From the NCBI GenBank assembly GCA_965655095.1, contig OZ296658.1, forward strand, positions 57,908,001-57,972,000: a DNA stretch of 64,000 nt. Reading direction: 5' to 3'. The stretch comes from Haplodiscus bocki (Eukaryota). Below the pieces are notes generated by a model, which saw nothing but the letters and a program-made list of their open reading frames with translations, was not told where the DNA came from and ran no database searches. Shown one piece after another: positions 36,870 to 48,676 of the stretch. A program made the position numbers and the translations under genes. How positions within the stretch are numbered: the first letter of the stretch is position 1; every line of letters begins with the position of its first letter.

Positions 36870-38620
36870 AGTCAGGCTGATAAACGGCTGCACCAGAGCT
36901 GGCGCTCTAATCAGTCCGGGGGTGATGGCTCGAATGTGGTGTTGTAACCAACCGTTGCACCATTCGAGTTAATTTCTCTAGTTGTTTTGTGAGGGGTGGG
37001 GGCAATAAACCTTTTTATTTGTTTATTGACGACTTCTTGGGTCAGAGTACGAATTTCAAGGACTCCTTCCTCGGTACTTTCCCATAAATTACCGATTTTG
37101 CTGCCTTCAGTACTACCGCTTCCATTCATTGTGTAGCTGGCATTCGCTTTGTACCTTTTGCCGATCCTTAGTTCTCGGTATGAGGAGAAATCAAGCATTA
37201 AAATTTCCAGACTCGAATTTTACGATGAGATTTGATATAATTCGAGAACTTACTATGAGTGAGAATGTAAACGTAGGCGAGTTTACAAACGTAGATGAAA
37301 ATTGATGGAAACGTAATTCAGTGGGCAATAAAAGCTGAACCCAATCAAAGCAAATCCTTTAGCACTATGTTGGCAGTGCCTGTATTTCACACTGGTGAAA
37401 GCCTGCTTGCTGATTGAGCCAAATATGCGGTGGTGCTTGGTGGATTTGTCTGGTCACGTGACCGACGGTAAGATCCATTACTTACCATCAGCCAGTCCTC
37501 TTTGGTTTGTTTGTTAGATCTCTAATTAACTGATTGAGATGTGAACAAAAATCCGCCGCAAACGTGGGGGGTACGTTCGTAAAACATATTAAGAACGCTA
37601 AATTGGTGCAATAAATTTCCAATAACTCAAAATGGCTGATTAGATCCCAATACATACGTACTTTTCAAAAAAAATTGTGCGAATGATGAACGCTAGAGAA
37701 ATGATGGATTTTCCAATATATTCAGGACGATTTTATCTTTGTCCTACGTCTTTTTCAGGCTATTTTACTTTGCATCGGAATTCATCATTTCGTTCAATTT
37801 TTTTCCGGCTATTCCTCGTCTAAAAGCTGTTACTTCCAAAGTTTGACGAATTCCGATGCATTTCACTAATAGAACAATGCATTGCTCTACTGTAGTTCGT
37901 GAGTGTGACAATTAAGTCAAAATGGTTAAGTCAAATGAAAACTGATGTATATTACTTTATCAAAATACCTGATGAGTTTTGAGTGTAGCACTTCTGTTTA
38001 GTCCAGTTTTCATTTTGCCGATGAAAAGTGATGTTTTTTGAAAAATCTAGTAGTCTATAAAGGAAATTTTTATCGCTCGGATGAAAACTGATTAAAATTA
38101 AATTACTGAACGAAGCACAATTGGAGGTGTACACCGATCCCATGTGAGCCGATGAATTTTTTTGTGGCTATTAATCTATGGTATCATTACTTTTAATTCC
38201 TTGAATGCTCTCTTTTCAATGATATTCTATCCGAAGTGGATTAATGGAGTGAAAACATCAAACTGATGTTTTCAGATGGAGATGTCATCTGGTACACTGC
38301 TCTATCAGTTTGACCACAACAGAGGGCACTTGTAGTTCCTTGTGGTGTTCCTATTAGAGCATTCCGGGAACTATCATGGGAGTTATGGTTACTCTGAACC
38401 TTCTTTGAAACCTATCATTCTCACGGAAATGTTCCAGCACATTGATTTAAGATCGTTAAAGTCACTGTTATATGCTCAGTAATACTTTCTATAGGGTTCA
38501 ATTTGTCGTTCATATAAAACAAAAAGATCTTTCCCATCGTTATGCAGGGAGATAATAGTACATATCTGCATTTATACGTTTTTTCAATTTTGGCTACAGA
38601 ACAACAAAAAAACTCTTGTC
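36870..38620 (-). mobile_element. Probable solo LTR, family C, copy 1, with internal ORF (36911-37198)
   Basis: Colinear over ~1.7 kb with 39714-41420; ORF EEGVLEIRTLTQEVVNKQIKRFIAP near the 3' end; ends ...GGTGCAGCCGTTTATCAGCCTGAC. Confidence 0.55.
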
Positions 38621-38659
38621 CCAAGTTAGCTTGATCACCTAGACATAGAATACCAAAAG

Positions 38660-39555
38660 AAAACTATTGAAACATCGTTTATGATCGACGCTGATAAAAA
38701 CTCGAGTGGTTCCTACACATGCAAGAAAACGAAGGCTCTGAAAAAATGTCGTTGGACCGGGAAACAAAATTCGAATGTGTCGTAGAGAAATTCAGCAAGC
38801 AAAGCAATTATCCATCCAGAACGCCAGCTGAGATTAACCTGAGGTTCGTCTGATGATGAGCAACTAGTTGAAGAAACGCTCTAAAGAAGTCCAAATGGAT
38901 CTTTCTTTTATATGGCGAAGCAAGCGAAATCAGACGTGGCTCAGACATTGAATGTGCTCGCACGATTCATGGACAAATCGGCAAACTCCTATTGCTTGGC
39001 TGGCGAACAAAATTGCCGCTATCTATAAGCCACACTGTCTCTAAATCTCGTGTATTCAAGACATAGTGACTTCAGTCTCATGCAAGAAGTGACACAGACT
39101 GAAGTCAAAATCTTTATGGCGGACGCTCCACCAAAAGATATTTTTCAAGATGGGACTCGGTGGGGGAGCAGTGAGCTGGCAAACCAAGAAACAGCAAGCG
39201 GTGGTCTTGCGGAGTAGATTACTAAAGTTTGGGTGAAGCAGTTCGTGAAGCAACATTCTTGAGATCATTATTGTGTGAGATGGGCTCTCAGCAGACAGAG
39301 GCAACAGTCATTGGTCAGGACATTCAGAGCTTCATCAAATTGGCTACCAACCCTGTGATGCTCAAACGATCAAAACATATCGAAACAAAATACTATTTTA
39401 TTCGAGAAAAAGTTGATGACAACTCAATTCAATTTGTGTACACGCCGAATGATCAGCTGGTAGCCGATCTGTTGACGAAAGCAGTCTACAAAATCAAAGT
39501 TGAGCAGCATCGACAACAACTGTTTAGGCAATTGCAGATTTTTCCTTCCGAATAA
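38660..39555 (+). pseudogene. Ty1/copia pol remnant (RT C-terminus plus RNase H)
   Basis: PSRTPAEINL, GSFLYMAKQ, GGGAVSWQTKKQQAV, KLATNPVMLKRSKHIETKYYFIREKV, DQLVADLLTKA; followed by GGGG-TGTTGA (39571-39580), a likely PPT/3' LTR junction. Confidence 0.9.
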
Positions 39556-39713
39556 CGGAAAAATCTGTACGGGGTGTTGAAGAAAACATGTCGAAAATTC
39601 ATGAGCTACAAATTTTTTTTCTTCAGATAGCTCAAAAATGAGAAGGATCAAACTGATATGATGTTACTGCAAACTTTATGTTGTTCGATTTCCAATACAA
39701 TAGAAAAAGCTAC

Positions 39714-41420
39714 TGTTGGGCCGATTTACGACTGCACCAGAACTGGCACCGTAATCGTTCCGCGATAACCACTCATTTGCAGTGTTGTCACCTGCGCTTC
39801 AATCAGCCGAACAGTTTTTCAACTGTTTTGTAAGGGGGGTTGATAAACTTTTTTGATTGTTCATTGACCTACCTGTTCTTGAATCAAAGTATGTTTTTCA
39901 AGAACTTCCTCCTTGTGTCTTTGATCACTGTCCCAGTTAACTTCACTACCACCATTTTCAATCACCTAGTGCTCAATGTTCGTTTTGTACCTTTTATTGT
40001 TCCTTAGTTCTCGATTTTTTGTCAAAATCAATCATTCAAGTTTCAAGACTTGAGTTAAGCGATGAAATTTGATGTTGTTAGAGTATGCTAAATTTTAGAA
40101 TGTAAATGTAGTCGGATTTACTAATGCGGATTGAAAGTAAGGAAAATGCGAGTTAGTGGACGATGTCAGCTAAATCCTCTCAGAGCAATTTATTTAGTAC
40201 TGTGCAGGCAGCAGATAAAGATCTTCCCATTGGTGAAAACATACTTACTGATTGCATCAACTTTGCAGTTGTGCTTGGCGGATTTGCGGGGTCATCTGAT
40301 AGATGGTAAGACACATTTCTTACCACCGGTGAAATCTCATTGGCTCTTTAGTTGCATCTCTAATGGATTAATTAAGAAGTAAACGCAATTCTACCGCAAC
40401 CGTGGGGACTACGTTTGTACAAAATGCTAAATAAGCAAATTTAGTGCATTAAGTTTGCATAAATCGAAAGTGGGGTAGTATATCTAAATACATTGATAAT
40501 TTTGGTAGAATAATTGCACGGGAGGAAATTCAGAGGATTTATCCATTTACTACAGCATTCCAGATGTTCTCATCATTCCCCTACGTCATTTTCATGCGAT
40601 TTTAGTTTTTATCGGAATTCATCAATTCGTCTATTTCCAACCATGCTTTTCCTTGCCTATAGCTCTAACATGCTAAATGGCATGATTTGAGTTACGTTTT
40701 ACTACCAGCCCATCTCATTGCTCCACTTTGGCTCATGAGTGGGACGGTTAAGTCAATATTGCACTGAGTAGCTGAATGACGACTCAGAATACTTTATGCG
40801 GAAAACTTATCAAGATCGGGAGTAGCACTTCTGTTTGAACTTGTTTTCAGTCTCCTGAAGGAAAGTGATGTGTTTTAAATAGTCTAGTAGCCTCTACAAG
40901 AAGTATTCGTTGTTTGGAAGAAAACCGATTAAAAAAGTAAAAAAGAATCCGGTTAGAGCAATTTCGCTGGCTTTCAACGGTCTGACCTCAACCGATGAAC
41001 TTTGTTTGGATCTTCAATCCTTTCCGTCGTTACGTATAAGTCTATAAATATCTAAAGCTGTTCTCTGTTTAATGATATTCTTCTTTGTGTCTGATGTTTT
41101 CCGATGAACATGTAATCCAGCTCATTTGTTATTCTATTACTCTGGCCGCTTCAGAGGGCACCTGTAGTGCCATATGATGTTTCGTTTGGAGAATTGCGGG
41201 GTCTCCTATGTCAGTTGTAGTTAATCTGACCCTTCGTCGGAATCAATCATTCTCACGAAATTGTTCCAGCACACTGGTTTTGATGGTTGAAGTCGCTTTC
41301 ATAAGCTCACTAATACTCTCTTCATACTACATTTTGTTGTTTACATATTACATAAATCTTGTTCATACCAAGCGAGAGCGAATTGAAAGTACATAACTGC
41401 TTTTATACCTCTACAGAATT
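39714..41420 (-). mobile_element. Probable solo LTR, family C, copy 2
   Basis: Diverged homologue of 36870-38620; minus 3' end ...GGTGCAGTCGTAAATCGGCCCAACA; fragments LEKHTLIQEQV..NEQSKKFINP. Confidence 0.55.
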
Positions 41421-42148
41421 TGCATTGGGATCTTATTAATGATAATAACTTCAGACTTATTTGATATACCGTCAGTTTAGGGACATGTTGTTATCTCATA
41501 TTTCCCTCATACGGGCATGACAACAAAACATTTAGTTCAATGCTTTCAGAATGATTGCTTCCCTTACCACACTCATTTGGAGTCTTGTTCTTTCATAGCC
41601 CAGGGGTTATTTTTCCAATCCTCAATTTTGCGACTTGTTTCTTCAGATTGTTGATTTCAGTGCTTTTGCTTGTTAGTTGTCCTAGCACATCATTCTCTTT
41701 GTTTTTGGCATCGTAAATTTGAGACTAAAAAGCATTACCAACATTTTTTGTGAGTTCAAGTTTTCCGATCCGTTGAAGTGAACCTAAAATTAATTAAATA
41801 TAGGTTTGAACAACAGATTGGAAAACCTCTATTTATTTAATTTAGAAAACTATTACACTTAAATAATACATTCAATCATATTGAACAAAAAACCTGAAAT
41901 TTAAGCGTTTAAACTTAATCATTCGGGACAATAATGTTCACTGAACGTTTTATCGGCTCAAATAAAAAAAGATTATTTACACAATTTGCCATTATCGAGG
42001 TTTTGCGTGATACTACAAAAACTTTAATTATTGATGCACCTTTTGATGCCTTTTCACCAAAAATACGTTTTAAAAAATTAATTGAGTTTAAATTCTGCAA
42101 TTACTATTTACAGAAGGCAATAAGCTAACGCAGACGCAGCAAACATAA

Positions 42149-42220
42149 AGGACTGGCAGGAGTCGAACCCATAACTTCAACTCTGCATATTGTCTGCACT
42201 CCCTATGAAGTTTCAGTCCT
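42149..42220 (-). pseudogene. tRNA-like element (possible Cys-GCA derivative)
   Basis: 72 nt; acceptor AGGACTG/CAGTCCT, D-stem ACTT/GAGT, CAAT-ATGCAGA-GTTG arm, B-box GGTTCGACTCC; T-stem poorly paired. Confidence 0.4.
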
Positions 42221-43205
42221 TTTTGGTCGTGTGCCAAGTTCCGTTTATATAGTTAACTAACCGAATGTTTCTTTCAGTCAGAGCAATATAGCGGAAAAAA
42301 CAGACCTGAAGCGCGAGCGCTTCTTTGGCAACTTTTCTGTTGGCTTCTCTCAGGGTTGTTTCGCCGGATTGGCAGGCTGAGTACTTGTTTTTAATGCTGT
42401 CCACTTCCATAATTTTGAGATTCAACCTAGAAAAGTAAATAATTGAAACTGCCGGTAAATCGGCAACCGTTGTCATTGTTGCATGAAACTAATATATGCT
42501 GCATTAATGTTTGAAATTCCATTTTGTTTTACAAAAATAAAAAGGCAGAAAATCAGGACATATTTACTAAGTTTTCACTGCTGCATTCAAGTGTTCCAGT
42601 AAACATTGAAAAAGTGAACATCTGTCAGTTCTTTTGCCTCTGTTGTTATTAACCAAAAGTTTTGAATCTTGGCAGGTTTGTCATCATCGTGCAATATTAT
42701 AGCAGTATTTTCAAGATGCATGAAAAACCGTGGTAGCCTTGACAGGATTCATCGAAAAATATGAAAGTTTTTCATAATCAGATTAGCCATGCCAAAATTT
42801 TGCCGAGGAACAGCTGTCATGATCGATTTCCGATGCGAGACGAAACCGCTGATTCTAGAGTGGAATAAGATCGCCGATTTTTAAAAAAGGTACAAAACCG
42901 CCGTCTCTGATTATGAGACAAAACAGCCGATTTGTAATAATAAAAATCGCCAATTTTTTCAACCCTGGCAAAAATAAAAGTTGTTCAAGTTAATATTTAT
43001 GAAGTTATTACCACACATTTCATATCGCAATTGTTCAAATCTTTTAACCATTCAATTTTACAGTAACAGCGAAAATCAGACAATCCAAAATGCAAAATGA
43101 AAACGCTAAATAGAGGGCAAAGAAGTCAACGAACGGCGGTCAGTCGAATAATAAAAAAATAATACAAGGTGCATCCAACTGCGTTGCAAAAAAAATTTAC
43201 AAGTT

Positions 43206-44185
43206 GAAATGTTCCGCATCTCCAAAACTAAAAACTAATGTGTCTTTGATATGAAGTTAACTGATGGTTAAAACTGCGAGCCCAGCGGAGGTGAAGCGAA
43301 AGAAGTGGTAGATCAAATTTAGAAAAGAGCCAAATATTCATCATCAACTTTTGTGGTCGCCACCAAAATCAGTGAAAAATCCGATGATTACGCAGTTCAC
43401 CTTGCGATGCCCAAATTAGGCAACCTGTTGTGAGAAATCTCTCAAAAAACAACTAGAACAGATGCACTTTCAAGTAAAAGTAAGCCTCAATTGATCCAAT
43501 AATTTTAATCTAAGAGATACATACAATTGTGAGATCGGAATTACATTTGGACTACGGGCTGGTTCACCGTTTTATGAAAGGTTTAGAGCCGGTGACAATA
43601 AATCAAATTTACTTCACATTTTGTTTTCTCAGTGGAGGGCAAAATGCATCTATATCTTTCGGGTGACGTTTATTAAATTTGTTAGTTTGTCAGTTATGAC
43701 CTTTGAAAGTTACTGAAGACTGTCCAGTTATCACTTTCATTTTTATTTTTTTACTTTAATTATTTTGGAACGTGTTGAAAGATTTGAGCAACTTTGAACT
43801 TAACTAAATACAGCGAAATTGCAGAGGTTGAAATTGCAGCAGTTAAAATTGCACCGGATGAAATAGAATTGGACGAAATGACATGCAACAAAAAGAACCA
43901 ATCCAAACCAACCACGCCCAAAGTACCAAAAAACAAATAATTCGAAAAAGTTCGGAGTTTTTGCGTTTTTGTTAAAGGCCAAGTTTATAAAGTTGGAAGC
44001 CACGAACAGCTTGCAGATTTTCAATTTCTGCAAATGTAAAAATGGAAAACCATTGAATTTGAAAACTACAACGAAAAACAAACCTGTTGTAAATTCACGG
44101 CGGACTCTTTTTTTTCGTTTTTCTTCTTTCATCCCCCTAGCATGAACCAAATATATGCGAGAGGGCCATTTTTGAAAATTTGGGT
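43206..44185 (+). repeat. ~1 kb inverted repeat, left copy (partner 50790-51763)
   Basis: Continuous high-identity reverse-complement match, e.g. GTTCCGCATCTCCAAAACT vs AGTTTTGGAGATGCGGAAC; runs into the gap. Confidence 0.9.
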
Positions 44186-44385
44186 NNNNNNNNNNNNNNN
44201 NNNNNNNNNNNNNNNNNNNNNNNNNNNNNNNNNNNNNNNNNNNNNNNNNNNNNNNNNNNNNNNNNNNNNNNNNNNNNNNNNNNNNNNNNNNNNNNNNNNN
44301 NNNNNNNNNNNNNNNNNNNNNNNNNNNNNNNNNNNNNNNNNNNNNNNNNNNNNNNNNNNNNNNNNNNNNNNNNNNNNNNNNNNNN
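44186..44385. other. Assembly gap (200 N)
   Basis: Run of N. Confidence 1.
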
Positions 44386-45168
44386 TGAAAACTGTTATTT
44401 ATTTTGTGAAACTGCGAGAAGCTTATGAGCAGTCTTTTTGTCTTCCACACTCGTCTTGCAACCAGAGTAGGCAGCCTCTTTCAGAAGAACCTTTGGTATG
44501 TTTTTGACAAACCAACTAAGGCCTCTGTTGATTAAAAAAACTGGAGTGTTGTTGTGCTTCTTGTTGAAAATATCCTTGCAAATCTTTTTGTTGTGCGGGC
44601 AGTTTCGTTTTTGAAAAAAAATCGAGCAGATCGAGTTTATTAAAAAAATTACGTGTTTTGTGAATAGTTCAAATAACCAACAACTCTAGATTTCATCAGA
44701 CATAAAAAGCCAAAACCAATCCCAGCTTTCGGCTGTTTCAGGAGAAAAACTTTTCTGATGTGAGTAAGAAATCAACGTTAACACCACCGGCTAATTTTTG
44801 ACCAAAAGTTCTCGATAGCAAAATGGAGTCGTTTGGAGTAGGTGGTCGATTTGGAAAAAAATTGAAAAAGTAGTTTTGATCAAAAAATTGTTTCAAATTT
44901 TGGCAAAACTCTCACTGACTGCACCCAGTGCCCTTCGTTTTCTTGCCAGGATATTTCTTGGATTTTTGACATTACTTGCCAAGATCTTGGTAATTTTTGT
45001 TGGCAAGGTTCGCAATATTTTGAAAGATTTTTCAAGATCGTGAAAAGAAATCCAGGAAATTTCTTGGTGTTTTTGTCAACAAAAGCAAGAACAACCAGGA
45101 TCTTGGCAATAGAAACAAAAAAAGCTTGCATGTTGTTGTTGTTGTTGTTGTTTGTTGATTGCCTTAGC

Positions 45169-48100
45169 TCAGGAGGCGGCCTCAGTGGAATCATCGTCTT
45201 GCAAACGGAGGAAATTGGCTGCTTCTGTTGGGGAATCCCAGAGTGATAGCACGCACAACTTTGTAGGGTTTGCTTCACAGTAAAATAGATGGTTCGTTGT
45301 ATGCTTCTCCTTGTTGCAATCCGGGCATAGATCTGAGTCTTCTACTCCCGTACGCTTGAGATATGCTCGTAAGTGAGGTGAGTATCCACTTCGTAGTTGC
45401 GCCAGAATTCCGCTAGTTTTGCGTGATAACTTCTCTTCATCTGCGCTGAATTCTGGTGCTGGAAAAATGAGGACTTTATTGTCTTCGCGTGTATCCATGT
45501 AGTCTTCTACCTCGTTGGTATGGATGGACTGCATCATTGATTTGTAACGCTCACGAGAAGATAATTCATCATCTTAATCGGAGTCGCGAAGTGCTTCTAT
45601 GTAACGTTGGTATCTCGAATTGAGGGATTGTTTTGTTCTGGCAAGTGTTCTTTTATGTAGTCTGCTTCCAGGGTGATTCCGGATATGGTGTTTGAGTTGT
45701 TGTTGTATACTCTTCATTCGAATGTGTCTGCGAATCGGTAGGATTTTGCATTCGTCGTGCAGATGCTGTATCGAGGACATGGTTGTGCAACCTGTTGCGA
45801 CTCGTAGCGCCGCATTTTGCACTTTCTGCAGTTTTTCAATTGCACTCGGTGCAGCAGCAGGGGTCGAGACCGGGCATGCATATTCCAAGACTGGTTGCAC
45901 GAAAGCTTTGTAGCTATTGAGCAGTGTCTCCTTCTGTTGACCCGAGGTGGTTCCACTCAAGGTTTTCAGAGTGTTTACCCTTTTTGCTGCTTTCTGGCGT
46001 GATAGAGAACAGTGTGGTCCCCAGGAGAGTCCTTTGTCAACTGTCAGTCCGAGGATTTTCGGGTTTTTCTTGACCTCCACGATGGTGCTGTTGACTTTTA
46101 CAGCAGGCTTGCATTTGTAGTGTTTCGTCCTTGGAGGGAAAAGCGTGCTTGAGCATTTTTCTAGTGACACTTCCATTTGGCGTTGCTGTAGGAACTCGCA
46201 TAGCTGCTCCAGGTAAGCTAATATTTCTGTAGCTAATTAGTCCACATCGTTGCCCTTCGCGTAGACGTTAAAGTCGTCTGCGTACTACACCAGGTTCATG
46301 TGGGCTGGAGGTAGAGGAGCGCCACTAACATAGAAGTTGAATAAAGTGGGTCTTAGTACAGAGCCTTGTGCGATGCCAAATCGGACATTACGGCTTTTGG
46401 AGAGGGAATCGCGAAACATAGTCCTCGCTTGTCTTCGGTGCAGGTAGCAGGCCAGCCAGCGGGTTACATATCCCGGTAGTGACGACCTGGTTATGTCTGC
46501 GAGGAGGATGTTGTGAGAGACTAGGTCAAAGGCTTTCGACAAATCCAGGGCTACGAGAAGCGTCCTTTCGGCTGGAGGCTTTTTGTTGAAGCCATCGGTA
46601 ATCGCAGCTGATATCTCGTTCCGAGCCGATGTCGTCGAGTGATTCCTTCTAAAGCCATGCTGAGGTTGTTTGCATTTCAGGTGTTTCTGGATGGTTGGTA
46701 ATAGGCACTTCTCGAGAATTTTGGAAGCAGGGCATAGAAGTGCTATAGGGCGATACGATTTACTGTCGTTTACTGGTTTACCAGGTTTGAGAAGAGGAAT
46801 TAGTGTCGATTGTTTCCAGATAGAAGGTTAGGTACAGGTTGATATAGAAATGATGAACTTTTTTGTCAGATAGCAGAGGGCTTCGAATACAAGATGCTTC
46901 AGATGAATCATAGTGATCCCATCGGGCCCGCCGCTTTTGAGCTTTTGGCTGCTCGAATTGCTTCTTCGACCTCGGGAACAGTGAAAAAAGTGCCGTTGTC
47001 TAGGCTTCTTTTGCTTATCTCCCTTCGGATGACTCGATGTTGTTCCGAGTTGCTGTGCGGCTTCGGCGAAGTGAACTGCTTGTTAAATAGTTCTGACATA
47101 TATTTGTGATCAGTGATAGTTTTCTTGCGTTTTGAGAATTTGATTTTGATCGGGTCATTCATTTTGATTTTTGTTGCTTTGTTATTGAGACTCTTTATGG
47201 TCCTCCATAGTTTCGACGAGTTAGTTTTGTGGTCGAAAGAGCTGATGAACTCGCGCCATTTTTTTTCTTTGCTTTTGCGTATCGACATCTGAATACGGCT
47301 ATTTAGCTCCTCAATTTTTGGCGAGTGTGGTTCACGGGCTCTTAGCTCGTCTCTTTCTGTCATCCATTCTTTGGCTTCGTCTGAGAGCTGAGGAATCACG
47401 TCCTTGCGTCTGCCTGACGGAATGTGGTGTTTCTATGCTGTGTTTATGACATTCCGCAGTACAGCGTCACCTTGGTATACATCCGTTGGTCCAGGTTGGT
47501 TTCTGAGCGCACTTTCTATTTCTTCCTGGAAAGCAGGCCAGTCAGATTTGGCGATGTTACTGAAAGTGCGCTTGGGGGCGCGGATGAGTTCCAGGAATGA
47601 TGAGGATTAAATGGATATGAGGATTGGTAGATGGTCTGATCTGAGACCGATTTCGGTCGACCAATCGCAAGAGGTCAGCAACGATTTCGTGACCAAGGAG
47701 AAATCAGGGAATGTCGGCGGCTGGTTCGAGGGCAGGCGGGTAGGGCAGTTTTCGTTCAGGTTTCCCATTTCGGACTCTTCGATCTCTGCTGAGAGTTTGC
47801 TGCCTCGAGTGTCTGCGATCGTCGAGAACCAGGTTGGGTCGTGAGCGTTGGCATCCCCGAGCAGCAGGGCGTCCTTATGCGAGAGCAGGCTTTTGAGGGT
47901 TTCTTGGTAAACTGGAGGGCAACTGCTCTTAGGAGGAAGGTAGAAGTTGAAAATCTTCAGTTCCAGATTGCCAAACTTCACCTTGATGCCCTGCGTCTCG
48001 AGGACCTCGTCGCTGTGTTGTGGGATTTTTCTAAACTCGATACTTTCATGGATGATGAAAACCAATCCTCCACCAGGTTTGTTGTTGGGGTGATCTTGTC

Positions 48101-48635
48101 TGATGAAGTTGTAGCGAGATCCAAAATCAGGCGTCTTGCTTTTGCTCGTTAGTTTCGTTTCTTGGATGGCGGTGATCGATAGCTGGTGCTTTTGAATGTA
48201 AGCTGCAAATTTTTCCTTCCTTCCACTGATACCATTGCAATTGAACGGCAGGAGTCGTCAGCAGGTCTGTTGTTGGGTTGGATGTGGAGGAGGTGGTGGC
48301 GGTGGATGGTTCATACATTTTGTGCAGGACCAGTTATAAGATACGTGGCTGGCGTTGCTGAAAGGGGTGCATTTGTAATGGGCATACCTTCCGCATTTAG
48401 GGCAACGCACGCTTCCTTGGTTGTTCAAGGGTTTGCGACAGATACATCAATTCCATCTAGGTCCAGGATTTGTTTCAATGCCAGCTTGGATGAGAAGAAT
48501 CCGGAGCAATTCGGCCGGCGTGATTTGCTCCGTTGTCAAAAACCCGATTCCAGTTGAGGCCTCTCTTCTTCTCGAAGGAGGGATGATTGTCCAGCGTTTG
48601 ACCGCTGAACTTCCATTTGCACGGAGGAGCATCAT
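45169..48635 (-). pseudogene. LINE polyprotein: 2A-like peptide, PHD-like finger, APE endonuclease, reverse transcriptase, CCHC finger
   Basis: ORF pieces 48447-48653, 47607-48065, 46908-47399, 46285-46542, 45574-46176 and 45169-45537 are colinear; PHD-like CICRK..VRCPKCGRYAHYKC..WSCTKC. Confidence 0.88.
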
Positions 48636-48676
48636 TCGTGTTGGGTCCACCACGAAAAGGCGGAATGATTGGACCC
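48608..48676 (-). ncRNA. Predicted HDV-like self-cleaving ribozyme at the LINE 5' end
   Basis: P1 GGGUCC/GGACCC, P3 GCC/GGU, L3 UUUUCGU, P1.1 UU/AA, P4 CACG/CGUG, J4/2 CAAAU, P2 UUCC/GGAA; begins exactly at the TSD boundary. Confidence 0.65.

Larger units (their letters stand above)
45132..48676 (-). mobile_element. Full-length non-LTR retrotransposon, Ingi/Vingi-like (single ORF, no RNase H seen), with several stops/frameshifts
   Basis: TSD AAAAAAAGCT(T/C)GCAT at 45117-45131 and 48677-48691; (CAA)n 3' tail; APE (FNCNG, QET, GDANAH, SDHLPI), RT (LDLSKAFD, QGSVL, YADD), C-terminal LAQLRSG...CPDC...HLFYC. Confidence 0.92.

Noticed and set aside
36870-41420. Direct repeats flanking the copia fragment as the two LTRs of one copia element
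   Set aside because: The repeats are strongly diverged, oriented opposite to the copia pol, and the copia piece has its own PPT-TG junction at 39575.
43800-44507. ORFs containing X runs (also 18595-18879)
   Set aside because: Artefacts of translating N gaps.
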